A DNA stretch of 64,000 bases. Source: Takakia lepidozioides (Eukaryota > Plantae > Bryophyta). The DNA lies in assembly GCA_030704615.1 (NCBI GenBank), contig CM060732.1, positions 80,414,001-80,478,000 of the forward strand. The letters are read 5' to 3'. The notes under the pieces are model-generated. The model was not told where the DNA came from and searched no databases. It was given only the letters and a program-made list of their open reading frames with translations. Both the position numbers and the translations under genes were made by a program. Shown here in pieces: positions 25,579 to 38,863 of this stretch (positions are counted from its first letter, which is position 1; each line of letters opens with the position of its first letter).

Positions 25579-28500
25579 ATGTGTCTGGCGGGGTGCTTGG
25601 TAGCAACCTGCATTTGTCAGTCATGTGTGAGGCCCAACCGCATGGTGGCGCGGTACATTTATGGCGTTCTCTTCCTCCTCACAAATATCCTTGCTTGGTT
25701 GACCCGTGATTACAGCCACAAATCTCTGGCTGCTCTTCATTGTAAGCACACTTGTCTCCCCTCCTTCCAGTGTCTCAATCAGCTCCTTGTTTGGATCTGT
25801 TTCTGTGTGTACATCTCTTATTTCTTTGCTGCAAAAGGTGGAAACCTCCCAGATCAAACCTCATAAAGCTAAAACCTTAAACACAACCTTTCACAAGGCT
25901 ATGGCAAACATACTCTCATAGAAGCTTTCAGCTTTGAGACTTGAAGCTGGCAGCTTATCTGCATGACATTTTGTCTTCTGACATTGTTTGAGGTTTTATG
26001 AAGTGGTTTCTTGTTGTTCTACTTTGTCCCATGGGCCCTCTGGCCCCAGTGTGGATGTTATAAAGTTGGAGGTAAAGATGTTTCTTACTCTCGTTTCATT
26101 TCATTCCTCATATGCTCTCGTCCTCCCATTGATGTAGTAAACCTCCTTCTCTCTTGTAATCAAGCTCTATTCTCTTTCTTTCTCTCTGAGGCAACTACTT
26201 TTGTCTTGTAGAAGCCTCTGCCTTTAGCAGAGGCCTCCCGCATTTAAGAACCAAAGTATGAGGCACGTCTTCTTTGGGGTATGTTTGGTGTTGTTTTGAT
26301 AACCCATGGGCAAACACGATGACTGACGCTTGCCCACCCTCTGTGGTACATAAGTTTTGCAGTGCCGGACCTGAATGCAGAGAGTTTTTTTGGTGTTGTG
26401 GTGGGAAGTTAACAGACAAGGGTTGTAATTGATTTGATAGCATTCCACCAGCTTATTGATGCATTTTTCACATCTACAACGTCCTGTGTCCAAAATCTAT
26501 TTTCAGAATGTTACTTTAACCAAAAAGCACAATTACATGCAAACACCAAAGTAGGGTGCTGACAACCTTGCTCCCCTGGAAAGGTTTGTCTGGAACATTA
26601 TTGGTCACTTAGTGCTGACATTTTCATTTTTTGGGTTTTTTGATAAGATGTCAACCTGTCTGTGGGACAGCTGCCAGCCTTTGTATATTGGCAGATGTGT
26701 TCATGAAAACAGCAGGCGTAACAAGCACATGATGGTTATGCAGATTTGAGGAGTTGTCGGGGTGGCCTCAACTGCTTGGGCCCTGAGGGTGTCCTCCGCA
26801 TCAGCTTGGGCTGCTTTGTATCCTCTTTCTGTGGCCATGCATATCTCAGGGCTTGCTTTCTTATTTATATCACATCATAATAGTAGTCAGAAGATTCTTC
26901 AAATCAGGCTTGTTGGTATTGCCAGCCAGGAGCCTCTGCAGCCATGTTTATTCCAACAGTCAGACCTGCACTTCATTAGCAAAACTTGGCTATTGGTGTT
27001 TCATGGACTGTATGTATTTCCTCCAATATTTGAGGTCTACAGTTGTCACCTTATCCTTGACTCATATCACAGTTTTTTTTTTTCATAATGTATCTAACGA
27101 CAGTGGGGACATCCCGAATAGACGACTGCAGAGATGCATGGCATGCAGGGTGGTGGCCCATCAAATGTCTGCTGTGGATTGTTCTCCTGGTGGTTCCCTT
27201 TTACATTCCTCCAGCTTTCATCCAGATATATGGTTAGTCCTACTGTCATAATAGAGATCCTTTTTCAAATGTGATCTTTTGCGTAGGTGCAGTATTGTGA
27301 ATAGCTCTCTCATCTGTCTGCCTGTCGTCTCCAGCCAGAGCCATTGGGAAAGATAAATCAGGGGGGCCATAAGTTTGTAAGATTGTTTTGACAGCAGTGC
27401 TTGGGTTGGTACATTCTTGACTCCCTGTGGTTACTGTGCAGGGGAAATCGCCCGATTTGGTGCGGGGTAGGTTCCCCTGATCAACCAGATACCCCTCATG
27501 GAAGTGGGTAGGGTATTAATATATTAATGCGACTAATTAGCCTTAAAATTTATGTGTTAGTTAGAAATGAGTTGGAATGACAGAATAGATAGGATGGAAT
27601 CATTTACTCTCCTATCAAAGCAGCTGTTTTTGACATTCCATTTCGAAAGAAGCTTGCAGTCCGGTTAATTGCTAATTTGCCTTAGACAAGTATCATAGAG
27701 CCGTAAGCATGACAAGTCTTAAAAACTCACACTCGTTAATTCTTTCAGGATGTGTAAAGTGTAAACCCTCTGTCAATCAGAACAGCAGCAGGGCCCCAGT
27801 ATGCCAAGTTGCATTAACTGTATCGGTTTTTTTTCCTACAGTCAGCCATACTTAATATGCCCAGTGTGTTTGTGCAGAATATTTTTGTCAATCCAGTTAG
27901 TGAGTATAGTTAACTTCATCTATTTTTGGAATGAGGAGTGGCTCATTGAGAAGAATGTGCGCCGCTGGTACTCTCTCTCCCTCTCTGCACTTTCTCCCTC
28001 TGCCTGATACAATAGTTCTCACCGGAGAGTGACTCTCTTCAGGATGTCTCCTGTTTTCTTCTGTCCCATAAGCTCTTGGAGCTTCTCATGGAAATTGTAA
28101 AGTTTCTTTCTTTTTATACCTCTCAGTTGATATAAAAAGTATTCTTATTCTCACCGGCTGCTCATCCTGGCATATGCGTACCTAGGGCTAGCAACTGATA
28201 ATGAACAGTCAGGACAATGCAACGACTGGCAATGTTAGGCAATATCTAATGAGAGCATCATGTTATTGTCTCTCTTTTTCCTCCTTTGTACATAATAAAC
28301 ATTCCTTCTGTGTTGTCCCATGGGCCCGAGTGACATGGTTCAAGACATTGTGATGGAGGAATCAAACATACACAGATTTAACTGTAGTAATGCACCAGGC
28401 ACAACCTGCTCATGAAATTAAGGCCACGCCAACATCATCATTGCATGAAAGAATAAGATCCACTTCATACCTACTGTTTACATTTGGGGCGGGGCTGCAG

Positions 28501-31500
28501 CCGACTGCCGATGGTGGTGGTCTCGATGGTTACATTTGTAGTGTCACTCTTTGCGATTGTGGTTATGTACATATGGTTTGTACCAAATGCCTCGTGCAGA
28601 CTTAACATTTTCTTCATCAGCTGGACCCTCATCCTCATCCTGGTAATGACAGCCATCTCTCTCCATTCAAAGGTAATGGCATGTTTCTCTCTTTGTTCCA
28701 TCTTTCCATATGTTCAGTTTAAGTCTCTCTCTCTCTCTCTTCCATTTTGTCCCATAAGCTCTATGAGCTTGCCGCGGACGTTATGAAGTACCATTTCAGT
28801 TCATTTCATTTCATTTCTCTTTCTTGCATAGAAAAACTCCAAAATGAAGAGGTCAAGGCTGAGTATGTCCATTGCAAGAGGCTCTCCCTCATGTTGTCCA
28901 CTCACTCCACGACCTTCAGTCTTGCTCTGGCAATGCAAGAAATGTAGTCAAAAGAGCAGTGGATTCTTGGGGAGTGTCATCTCCTCTGTGGCTGACAAGA
29001 TCATTGGGAGGAAACTAATTGTCTGCGGTAGAGCTGTTAATTGGTGGACCAATGAGATTAAACTCAATAGCTGAGATAAGTCCTCTAAAGATATCAATCA
29101 GCTTGTAAGGTCTCAGAAGGAATTACCCTGGGACAAACTATACAGTGAAATAAAGTCATACCACCATGGTGGTAATGACGTGAGATTCTGGTTGGCCCTT
29201 CAACGTTTGTACAAGCTGAAAAACTGCAGCAAGTACAAGCGCTGAGGACTACTAAGGGTGCAGTGGTGACTTCAACGGTTGACATATCCTTGGCAGAATT
29301 TCTAGGTCTAATAGTGAGGGGTCCTCTGAGGAATGGAACGCAGTTGGAAAAACTGTTCCTACGATTCAAGACAGCCCTGATGAATTGGAGTATATTTCAA
29401 AGGCCTACAATGCTCCCATTAGTTCTTCTGAGATTGTGGAAGCATTTGAGCATTTAGACGGATATAAAGCTGGTGGACCTGATTGGCATGATGGCGATCC
29501 CATGATAGAGGCCCTTGTACTTCTCTTTAACCTTATCGGAAGGACTGAAATGATCCCCTTTCGCTGGCGACATGGGGTCATTGTCAATCTATACAAGAAG
29601 GGTGACAGAGAAGAACCGGGGATCTACCGAGGCATCACGCTCCTCAATGCAGTTGGCAAGATATTTTGCAGAGTTATAAGTACTCGTCTCGAGGTTGATC
29701 TGGAATCTAGAGGTTGTTTCCACGAAGGCCAAGCTGGCTTTTGGCGAAACAGGGGCTGTGTGGATCATATCTTCACTCCAAGCCAGATTATCAAGGTAAG
29801 GAAAAAAGAAGGGAAACCCACTTTTGTTTTTTTCTTGGATGTCATAAAGGCTTATGACACAGTGTGGAGAGACGGTCTATGGCTCCGACTCTGGTCATGT
29901 GGGATCAAGGGAAAGATGTGGAGAGTTGTCCATAACTTGTATGCTCCCTTCCTACACATACCTCGGCGTTGAGTTTTCCTCGCAACTGTAATTGGGATGC
30001 ACATATTCAGGATGTTGTTCAAACTGGCAAGCACAAAGCGCTGGGTCTCCCTAAATTTTTCCGCTGCAGAGGGATCAACTCTGATGTCAAGAAAACCATG
30101 ATTTGTCACGATATTAGACCTGCCTTGAAGTACGCATCTGCTGATAACTCCAACCAGGCTACGTCTCTAGAATCCATTCAAGTGGGGGTGCTTAAGGAGT
30201 GCATGTCAGCAATGTGGCTGTTCGGAGTGAGTGTGGCATCCCTTCCTTAAGCTCCCGACGAGATGAATTCAATGTCAGATGGTGGGGTTAGCTGCAACAT
30301 ATGTCAAACATCAGATATCCTAAGTTAATCTACTCTATATCTTGGAAGCAGGATCGCCCTGTCAAACATCCTGGCGGAAGAGAGTAGAAGAGATTCTCAA
30401 GGATCTGAATCTTAGCCTGCAAGGCTTGACCCTGCTGGATAAATCTGACTTAGAGGCTGTAGTGTCGAAAGCCATGTCTGTTGCCAGGAAATTGTCTGAT
30501 GAAAATGAAGTTAGGCAGAAAACCTCCCTGACCTTGTTTCCAGTCTGTGACATGGGGAAAGACATCATGGATGACCTCAAGGGTCTACCCACTCTCGGCA
30601 CTAGGCTGAAATTTAGACTCAGGGCAGGAAGCCTACCTTTGAACAGCAAACAGAAGCAGAGAGGAAAGGGAGAGTGCAATTGCCCGTTGTGTGGGCAACC
30701 TGAAGACAATATTCATTTTCTGATTCATTATCTGGGGTTCTCTCACCAGAGAGACGCTCTCTTGAAATCTATCAAGGGAATTGTACCTCTACCTCTGTTT
30801 ACCAACTTTGAAATTCCCGAGGCTGAGCCAAAAGCCCAGGCCCTCTTGGGGCCTAGTTATTGGGCAAACCACACACAGCAGGTTGATGCTTGTGTAAAGG
30901 GATTTCTAGAGGATATCTGGAAAACCCGGAGCAATTGTTTATTCCAAGGTAAGTCTTACTACCGGCGTCAGCCCCTGACAGGTAGGTTCTGTCCCTTTGT
31001 GTTCCGCTCAAACTGGGCGTGGGGTCAATGGCCACAAGGCTACGGCAAACAATGTCTTATGAGTACATTCTCTCTCTCTCTCTCTCGTCCCTTCCCCTGT
31101 TGGGGTCTAACGTTTGGGGCTGCTCACCACAGCAGATTGATGCTTGTGTGAAGAGCATTCTAGAGGACATAAAGCCCAAACTACTTGTTTATACGTAAGT
31201 CACACTGGAGTGAGCCCCTCACAGAGGTAGTACCTATTCCCTATGTTTCTGTCCACGGGGTCTAGGGCCACAAGGCTACAGCAAACAAAGTCTTATGAGT
31301 ACATTCCTTCTCTCTCTCGCTGGAAAATTGCAAATCCTAGCAGAAGAGGAGAAGAGGCAAAAGCAAGTCATAGGCACCAAGAAAAGTGCATGAGAGGCAG
31401 CAGAGGGCTAAGACTAAAACACACAACAAACCTTGGGGAGGGGCAACCTAAACCAACACAAGAGCAACCACAGAAATAAGATGCACACACCGTGACAATG

Positions 31501-34008
31501 GCTCTATTCAGGAGGCCCACGGAAGTAACACAGTTGGTTTCATTCTCTTTTCTTTCCATCTCACGATTCCTCCTTATCCATTTTATTGTGTATGCAGGTG
31601 AATGCAGGTCTTATGACATCAGGACTAATGGCCATCTACATTGTATTCCTCTGCTGGTCTGCCATCATGAGGTGTGGACTGCCTTCCATTTTTCTCTAAA
31701 TTTTCCTTAGTGTGAAATGGTCTAATCTCCTCTGTTTAGAACTATTTGTCCAGTCCCTAGTGAGGACTCGAGACTCGCATTGTGACATATTCCTTACAGC
31801 AACTGTAGTGCAACATTTACAGGTTTGATGGCCTGAAGCAATGCTAGCACTCACCAAATTTAACACCATTCGAATTGACATCTTGTGGAAAAGTTCCAAT
31901 TGACATCTGTTGTGGAAAACCTTCCACCAAATTGCTGCAGGGGAGATATGTGTGTGCTCAATTGTGTAATCTGAAGTGCAGCCTGCGGACTTCAATAAGA
32001 TAAATTGTGGAGTATTCAACATGGATCAACCAACTCAGCTTACACCCAATGATTTGAAGGGTTTTGTACATTGTGAAGCGCAATGCTTGCTTGTTATTTC
32101 TGTAGGCAATTTCACAACTCATAACTAGTGCTTATTGAAGGATGGATTGTTATTGTGTGTGGTGAGGAGCAGTGAGCCTTTGTCCGAATCTTGCAACACA
32201 TGTCCACGTCAAACTGGCAAGGGTGACTGGCTTACCATTTTGGTAAGATCGCGTCAGTTTGTTTGTGTGCTTGTCTTTGCACGTACTTGTTGTATTCATG
32301 TGTACCTGCAGTGAATCACCATCTCATGAAAGCACTTGCACTTGCTGGCTCAGTTACAAAACACCATTAGAATTTGAACTGTTCCAATTTTTATGTGAAA
32401 AGTACGAGACCATGCAAGGGTTTGTATATAGACATTCCATACCAGGTTTCCTGCAATAGAAGATTGTCACGCAAGAGGGAGGCCAGTTGGAATCCTAGAA
32501 TCACTAAACAACTATGGTGATGCAGAGTTTTGTGATTGCATTTTGTGCCATAGTGTTGGCCACCTTCACCACTGGATTGGATGCCAAGTCATTCTCGGTA
32601 CAAATTCAGTACTCACCTTCCATGTATTCATTTCATTTCCAGTTTTATGACTTTGCACAAAAGTGGATGAAATTGCTTTCCTTGTAAGGTTTCTAACCGA
32701 TTGAAAAGCAAAGAAATATAATGCTCAAGAATGGTTATGCTGGAGGATAATATACCCTGCATCTTTCACCAAAGTAGTGAGGGCCAAACACCACCCCTTG
32801 TTACTATATCTGTTGAGGTGATCATGGGACTCAGCTGATCGCAAGGTTTTCCCAAAAATGAAAGACATCGAAATGGATTTGAGAGATTGCAGTTTAAGAA
32901 GCAGGAGGGAACTGAGATAAACAACAAGGTGCCATACAGCTACGGCTTCTTCCATATCGTCTTTGCGATGGGCGCCATGTACTCTGCCATGCTCTTTGTA
33001 GCCTGGAATTTGCACCAGACTATGCACAAGTGAGCATTGTTAGATTAGGTCCTTTTCTATACTTTTGTGTCACATCAAAGGCCCATGTGAAGGTTGGCTA
33101 TGTAGCATTCTTTGCTTCCATTTGTTGCCCTAATGAAGGCAAGAAGAACAGCTGCTTTTAAAGACATTCATTTCTGCATTGCAGGTGGACCATGGATGTA
33201 GGGTGGGCAAGTGTGTGGGTCAAAGTTGTGAATGAGTGGCTTGCTGCTGGGCTCTACAGTAAGTACTTTCTAGACCTGCTCCCTTGTTCGTGGAGAATCA
33301 GAAGATGAATCCTTCAAACCTTGCTTGCCACAGCCTTCCCATCATGGCCCAAATCAAGTCGGATTGAGCAGAAGTCTGTGAGACCCAAACGTAGGAAGGG
33401 AAGAAGATGGAGACAGGGCTCCAGTGATAGGGCTTAATCTGTCTAGAAGTAATAGAGACACCCGTAAGTGGGTGAATAGTACCTCACCAAAAGACCTGAA
33501 AAACAGTATAAGTTCTGATGAGGGACTCGTTTTTTGGTCTACGAGCTGTAACCTTCCAAGCCATAGCTTAGTGGTCACTGTGCAGCCGCAAGTAACCTGG
33601 TTGCGGTCGTGGTTCTCATTGATTATGCACCTGCTTCACCCAGTGGGCAGTGGCACTGCCTCATCAATTGGGTGGTAGGGTGGCACATAATTCTGAAGGG
33701 AAAGATAGGGCACAAAAATGTTGGGTTGCACACTGTGAGTGGTCACAATGTGCAGCTTCCAAGCAGGCCAGTAGCTGTGGGTGCAGCAGGTGCAATAACT
33801 ATGTGACGCCCAACCAGCATCTCGAATAAAAACATTACAAAGTACCCATTAGGCTCAATGGCTCTGCTTCCATGACATTCCTAGTCTTCTTCAGAGTGCG
33901 TGTTTGAACTGCAAATCCTTCTACTCCTGCTAATAGTTTATGCTTGGTTTTGTGGCAGTTTGGACAATGGTTGGACCCTTAGTGCTCAAGCACAGAGACT
34001 TCTCATGA
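25579..34008 (+). CDS. SERINC: Serine incorporator (Serinc/TMS family) membrane protein, 12 coding exons, about 386 aa
   Basis: Exons 25579-25741, 26744-26817, 27073-27232, 27442-27466, 27878-27967, 28501-28672, 31598-31671, 32173-32242, 32526-32597, 32893-33029, 33185-33258 and 33959-34008 splice in frame (1161 nt). Motifs: CLGPEGVLRISLG, RDAWHAGWW, IARFGAGIFL, YSYGFFH, GWASVWVK, RDFS*. The true start may lie in upstream exons. Confidence 0.92.
26818..27072 (+). other. U12-type (minor spliceosome) GT-AG intron
   Basis: Donor GTATCCTC, branch point ATCCTTGAC about 11 nt before the AG, no polypyrimidine tract. Confidence 0.85.
28830..31086 (+). mobile_element. RTE/RTEX-like LINE in a SERINC intron; 5'-truncated with an internal RT deletion
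   Basis: RT N-half: KAGGPD, LYKKGDREEPGIYRGITLL, QAGF..RGCVDHIF, FLDVIKAYDTVWR. It then jumps to YTYLG with no YADD segment. C-terminal CPLCGQ..HFL; the element ends TATGAGTACAT(TC)n. Confidence 0.88.
31100..31318 (+). mobile_element. Older, diverged 3' end of the same LINE family
   Basis: CACAGCAGATTGATGCTTGTGTGAAG..GGCCACAAGGCTAC.GCAAACAA.GTCTTATGAGTACATT plus a (TC)n tail, homologous to 30840-31086. Confidence 0.75.
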
Positions 34009-34641
34009 TACAGATTTTCCGTATGGTAGACAACGATCATATATGCAGAGCACTGCTAAAGACAAGCTGTTCAGCCCTGCAGCCCTGATAGTTCCTGGAA
34101 AGCTGCATGGCAGCAATTGTAAAAAGTTAATGCTTGTACAAAAGTGCATCCTTTGGGCCATCCCCATTGACACATGACTAGATACTTGTCAAGAATGGAT
34201 AGAAAATGTAAGCATTAATAGCACATACATTTTAAAGCAAGGAATCCTTGGAATCTGAGATTAACGGCTCTTGTCCAAACTCCAATGGTTGGTTTTTGGC
34301 CAAATCAGTGGTGAAAAGCATGGCTACAGCTTTTAAGCATGTCCACCACCCTCTTCTAGAGAAAAAGATTTATGCAGAAGCTGGCGTAATTTATGGTATC
34401 ACTATACCCTTGAAGGATTACTGCCTTTTGCTTGAAAGGAGGACATCTTTTAATAGCCATAACCCAGACTGGACAGTCCCAAGTATACACATTAAATACC
34501 CGGAGAATTCATATACCTCTCTTTCATATCTAGTTCGGCCATAATGACAGCAAAGATATGCCTAGGTGGTTTTGAACCCACAACCACTTGTAAGTCGGCT
34601 TGTGCCCTAATCTAATCACTTGGCCATCTATTGGATGCTTA

Positions 34642-35194
34642 GAGCATCCCCACCCTACACTGAACCCAGCAGGCCAAGGGATTATCAGGGTATACAGTTT
34701 CAAGGTGGGTGGAAAACGTCCACACCCTTACTCTGAACCCTATATCCCATGAAAATGCCCATGTCTAGCGCATGCGCGGCAACATCTTGGGAGCTGCAGC
34801 AACGCCCCTTCCTGCCAATGGGAGGTGAGGTGCGCGGATAGCATGGGCAATTCAGGGGCAAGGTGTGTGGGAGTGGGGGCTGCCTCGCCGCAGAACCCAA
34901 CAGGCCCTGAATCGATCACGTAATTTTGGCGTTACAGGCAATCTTTCGGGCTCAAGGCAGCCATTCTTTAATAATCGCCAGATTTCGACCTCGCGTAGGT
35001 CTTGGCGACAGGTGTAAAGGGAAATGAGGCTGAAAAATCATCATTTTTAGAGGGGCCGCCACAGGGAGGCACATGGCGCCATATTGAGTGAAAACAGTTT
35101 ACAACAGAGGAGCCAGATCCCACCAACCACGTGCAGGACATCGCCGCATTCCGAGTGCGCGGGAGGACGTGGAGCCAGCTATGTTGCCCATTTT

Positions 35195-35230
<36 letters not shown>

Positions 35231-36320
35231 TAAGTATAGTATAGTCTCTATAGATAGACTTTGTAATGATACATTTACAACATGTGTACGGGTAGCTTAG
35301 TGGTAGAGATTTCCCCCTTAGCCAATTGACTTGGTGTTTAATTCTTAACACTGCAACGTTTTTTGATAGCAACCTGGTTTGGATGATAAAGTTCCTAAAT
35401 ATGAAAAAGGTGGCCGCGGATGAGGGAAAAAGGGTGACTGCAGAGGACGATGATAATCAAAAGGGTGGCAGAGGGTTACAAAAATGGAATGAGAATGTCA
35501 TTTATTCATTGTTTTTGGGATGAAAGGACACATGTCAGCAAATTTAGGACCTAAGAAAAAAAAAACCTAAAACACATCTTCCTTCTTTCATTTTTTTTCC
35601 TCCCATAAAACACAAAACTAAACATAGTTAAACTAAACAAATCTTGCTACCGACGGGTGTGGTGTGGTTCCTGGGCAGTGTCCCCTCATTCGCCTCCATG
35701 GCGCATAAATGAAAGAGGTTATTTTCTCCTCTCACTACTAAGGGGCCTGATTTGTGAGCTGTCGCTCCCAGGTGTTTCCCTTTTATACTATTTAAATAAA
35801 TTTATTTAAAAAAAAAAAAACATAGTGACATATAATCTTCATTACTGTTTACAAGCTTTGTGAGCCAAGTTACTTGGTAATTTTATTTGTATTTCCAAGA
35901 GCCTTGCAAACATTAATACTTCTTATCTATGTGCCATGTAGCATTAGGCAGGGTCTTTTTGGGCCAGGGTTCAAATATGAGATTGATTGAAATGCAATAT
36001 AAGCCAATTTAAGGTTTTCTACTTATGAATGGTGGTTTAAATTTTTTTGGTGGTGTTTGGCATAATTTCTGCCTAAGTCTCCAATGATGCCTAAACCCTC
36101 CAATTTGCTACGTCAATTCTGGGTTATTCGCCTCAGCAAGTCTACTAGGTTTTAGGTTCATTCGCCCAATACCCATTCAAAATCTCATATTATCGCCAGC
36201 CATTTCCACTACGCATTCTGTACAAGCGCCATACATGCTCCTCCAAGGTTCTAATGGATGCCACTTGTGCTAAAATGTAAATACCTTAAAAGAAACGTTG
36301 GCTCAAGGGTGGGGATGCTC
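34642..36320. mobile_element. Non-autonomous PIF/Harbinger (Tourist-like) element
   Basis: 15-bp TIR GAGCATCCCCACCCT / AGGGTGGGGATGCTC, TTA TSD on both sides, no coding capacity, internal (TA)n. Confidence 0.88.
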
Positions 36321-36666
36321 TTATACCTCTCTAACAACCATAGCATCAACAAGTAAGTATAAAAGTTCTCGCCCTCAATCGGGAGTCACAGCTCGTGGGC
36401 TCTGGTTTCAGCCATAGCTAGAACCTAGGTGCCAGCCTAGGGTAGTAGCTATAGCTTTTATCTTGTGGGATGGTTCTCTCTCGTCTAAGAGCATCTCCAC
36501 AGTGAGCACGGCACGTCAAATGCTATATGCCCTGGTTACAGGGGCGACAGTAATTTTTGCAGGGACGGGTTGCACTCCACGGTTGGGACGGTAGAAGACC
36601 CTGCACAGAGAGCGCCGATCAGACCTTGGCAAGCGATCGCAGTTTCTTGAGCGTTGAAATGGATCT

Positions 36667-37275
36667 TTGGAGAGCGCAGGTGATGGCTGGGTTGGGGCAC
36701 AGCTGCATGCATACTTTGGACTTCCAGGTGGAAACAATGATCTGAATGTGCTTGACCGTTCTCCATTGATTGCTAATTTGCTACAAGGTCCGGGGCATGA
36801 CTTGCATTTCACTGTCAAAGAACAATGTATCCAAGATACTATTTGCTTGGTGGATGGAATTTCTCCGAAGTGGAGCATTTTTGTGTCCACTATTCATGAG
36901 CCACAAGGGGAGAAAAAACAACACTTTGCGCGAGCACAAGAATCTGTCAGAAAGGATGTTGAGCGGTGCTTTGGAGTGTTGCAAGCGAGATTTCACATTG
37001 TAGCAAACCCTAGCAGATTGTGGGATAGAGATGTCATTGAGGATATTTTGATGGCATGTGTAGTGCTCCACAACATGATTCTGGAAGATGAGAGCGAATT
37101 AAATCTAGAGCCAGCATACAATCCAGAAGTAGGGCAAGAACAGTACAGATGTGGGCTCACATTCGCAACATGCATGCAAGGAACAGAGGAAATTGAAAAG
37201 CAAGAGACACATTTCAATTCGAGAAGTGACATCATTGAACACTTGTGGGCACTCGAGGGGAATTCAATTGTATGA
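36667..37275 (+). pseudogene. Harbinger/Pong DDE transposase, C-terminal half
   Basis: HAYFGLPGGNNDLNVLDRSPL, LVDGI, QESVRKDVERCFGVLQARF, ACVVLHNMILED, IIEHLW. Confidence 0.88.
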
Positions 37276-37328
37276 AATAAATGTTGTTGCATTTCAAGTT
37301 GCCTATTTTTTCTCTTCTATCGGATTTG

Positions 37329-38324
37329 CTATGTCTCTTCTGCAAATTCCGAATCTACTGAATCGGCATGCTCTGAACCAGCCATAGTAGTAGCAATTTC
37401 AAATGTTGCACCCTCTGAAGTGACATTTGACACCACAGGTTGATTTACCGTGCTAGTTGCAACAGCTTGGACCCTAGCTCGAAGCTTGGCGAGCTCCTCC
37501 GATCGACGCAATCTGAAATATTCCCTTGCCTCATCTGATTGCAATTGATCATCAGGCAAAGTAAACAAAGCCATTGCTGATTGATCCTCAAGTATACATG
37601 CTTTTTTCAATGTGGCTGCAACCATGTCAGCTGTGGCACGAGCCTGGGCTCTGATTGCATAATCCCTCATTTTCTGGTCCTTTTGATCTTCCTTGGCTGC
37701 TTTGTTTCCCTGCGGACGCTTGGCAAAGCAGGTCCAGGTCCGGGTGTGGGTCCATGTGTGGCGGTACACATATTCTCAATGTCAATAAATTCTACCTCAC
37801 CGACATCATTCCCTTTCTTCTTCATGGGTGGCGTTCTCCTCACGTCTTGCTGAACTTCTCCCCAATGAGGCACGTTCTTCAGGACAAGCCAGCAATGGAT
37901 AAACGTGAACGATTGATGCTTGGGGTGTTTGCTCTTGTATAGCTCGAGGGCTTTCGTGAATGTATCCTCTGCAGTGGTTCCAGATTCATTCAAAGCAACA
38001 ACAGATTGATAAACACCTACAAATTTGGTAACATCGTGTTTAATTGTGCCCCACTTGGTCTCCAAGCTACGTGCGGGCCTTTCCGAGACACCCCCTGGTC
38101 TGTTTGCATTGTAGTGTTGCATGACCCTGTCCCAAAATGTAACCGCTCTGACCGTTGCCTGTCACTGGATCCTGCGAAATGCACAAAAACGAACAACAAA
38201 GTTGTCGCTCTTCATCATCGACGAAATTCCGGCCCTTCTTGCCTTTCACAGCTTGAACCGAAACAGCCTGTGGGGCTCTCGTAGCTTGAGTAGAAACGAT
38301 ATCTGGGTTTCCCGCCTCCGCCAT
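37329..38324 (-). pseudogene. Pong-type ORF1 (Myb/SANT-like, NAM-associated-like), frameshifted
   Basis: GRNFVDDEERQLC..ISQDPVTGNGQ, RSLETKWGTIKHDVTKF, FTFIHCWLVLKNVPHW and KRPQGNKAAK across three frames. Confidence 0.82.
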
Positions 38325-38863
38325 GGAAGAAGCGAAGCCAATATCTCCTGACAAAGACTAAAAATCTATGTACAGTGGTTGGCGGGGTCCCGGTATGCTT
38401 GGCCAAAATGCCGGGCGGGAGTCAGATTTAAGGCGGGGCCAGCAACAATTTTACCGGCCTGAGCCAACCGTGGAGCAAACTCCGTGACCCCGCGCCATTA
38501 CATTGCCGTATTTGGGCACGTGGAGTGGCACCGTGGAGATGCTCTAAGACTCTCTGGGTTTGTCCCACACCACCTAGTGTGCATGCTTTATGGCCCCTAT
38601 GGGTTTATTTTTTCCCCACACAAAAATATAGGGCTTCATCCTTTTAATAAAAAAAATAAAAAAAATTGTGATCAAAATGCCATTGATGCAATCTGTTAAG
38701 TTACCATGCTTTCCGCCCCCTGATACATCCCCACAATGCCTCTCCCGAGCACTTGGCGCGTATTCGGGAAGTCTAGCAAACACTGTACCAAAAGAGGAAC
38801 TAGGGGCGGCAGGGCTCTGAATTTGTGCAAACACAGTACCCAAAGAAGAACTAGGGGCGGCAA

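Larger units (their letters stand above)
36489..38544. mobile_element. Pong-like PIF/Harbinger transposon, internally deleted
   Basis: TIR GAGCATCTCCAC(A/G)GTG (15/16 match), TAA TSD; carries a transposase C-half and a Myb-like ORF1. Confidence 0.92.
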
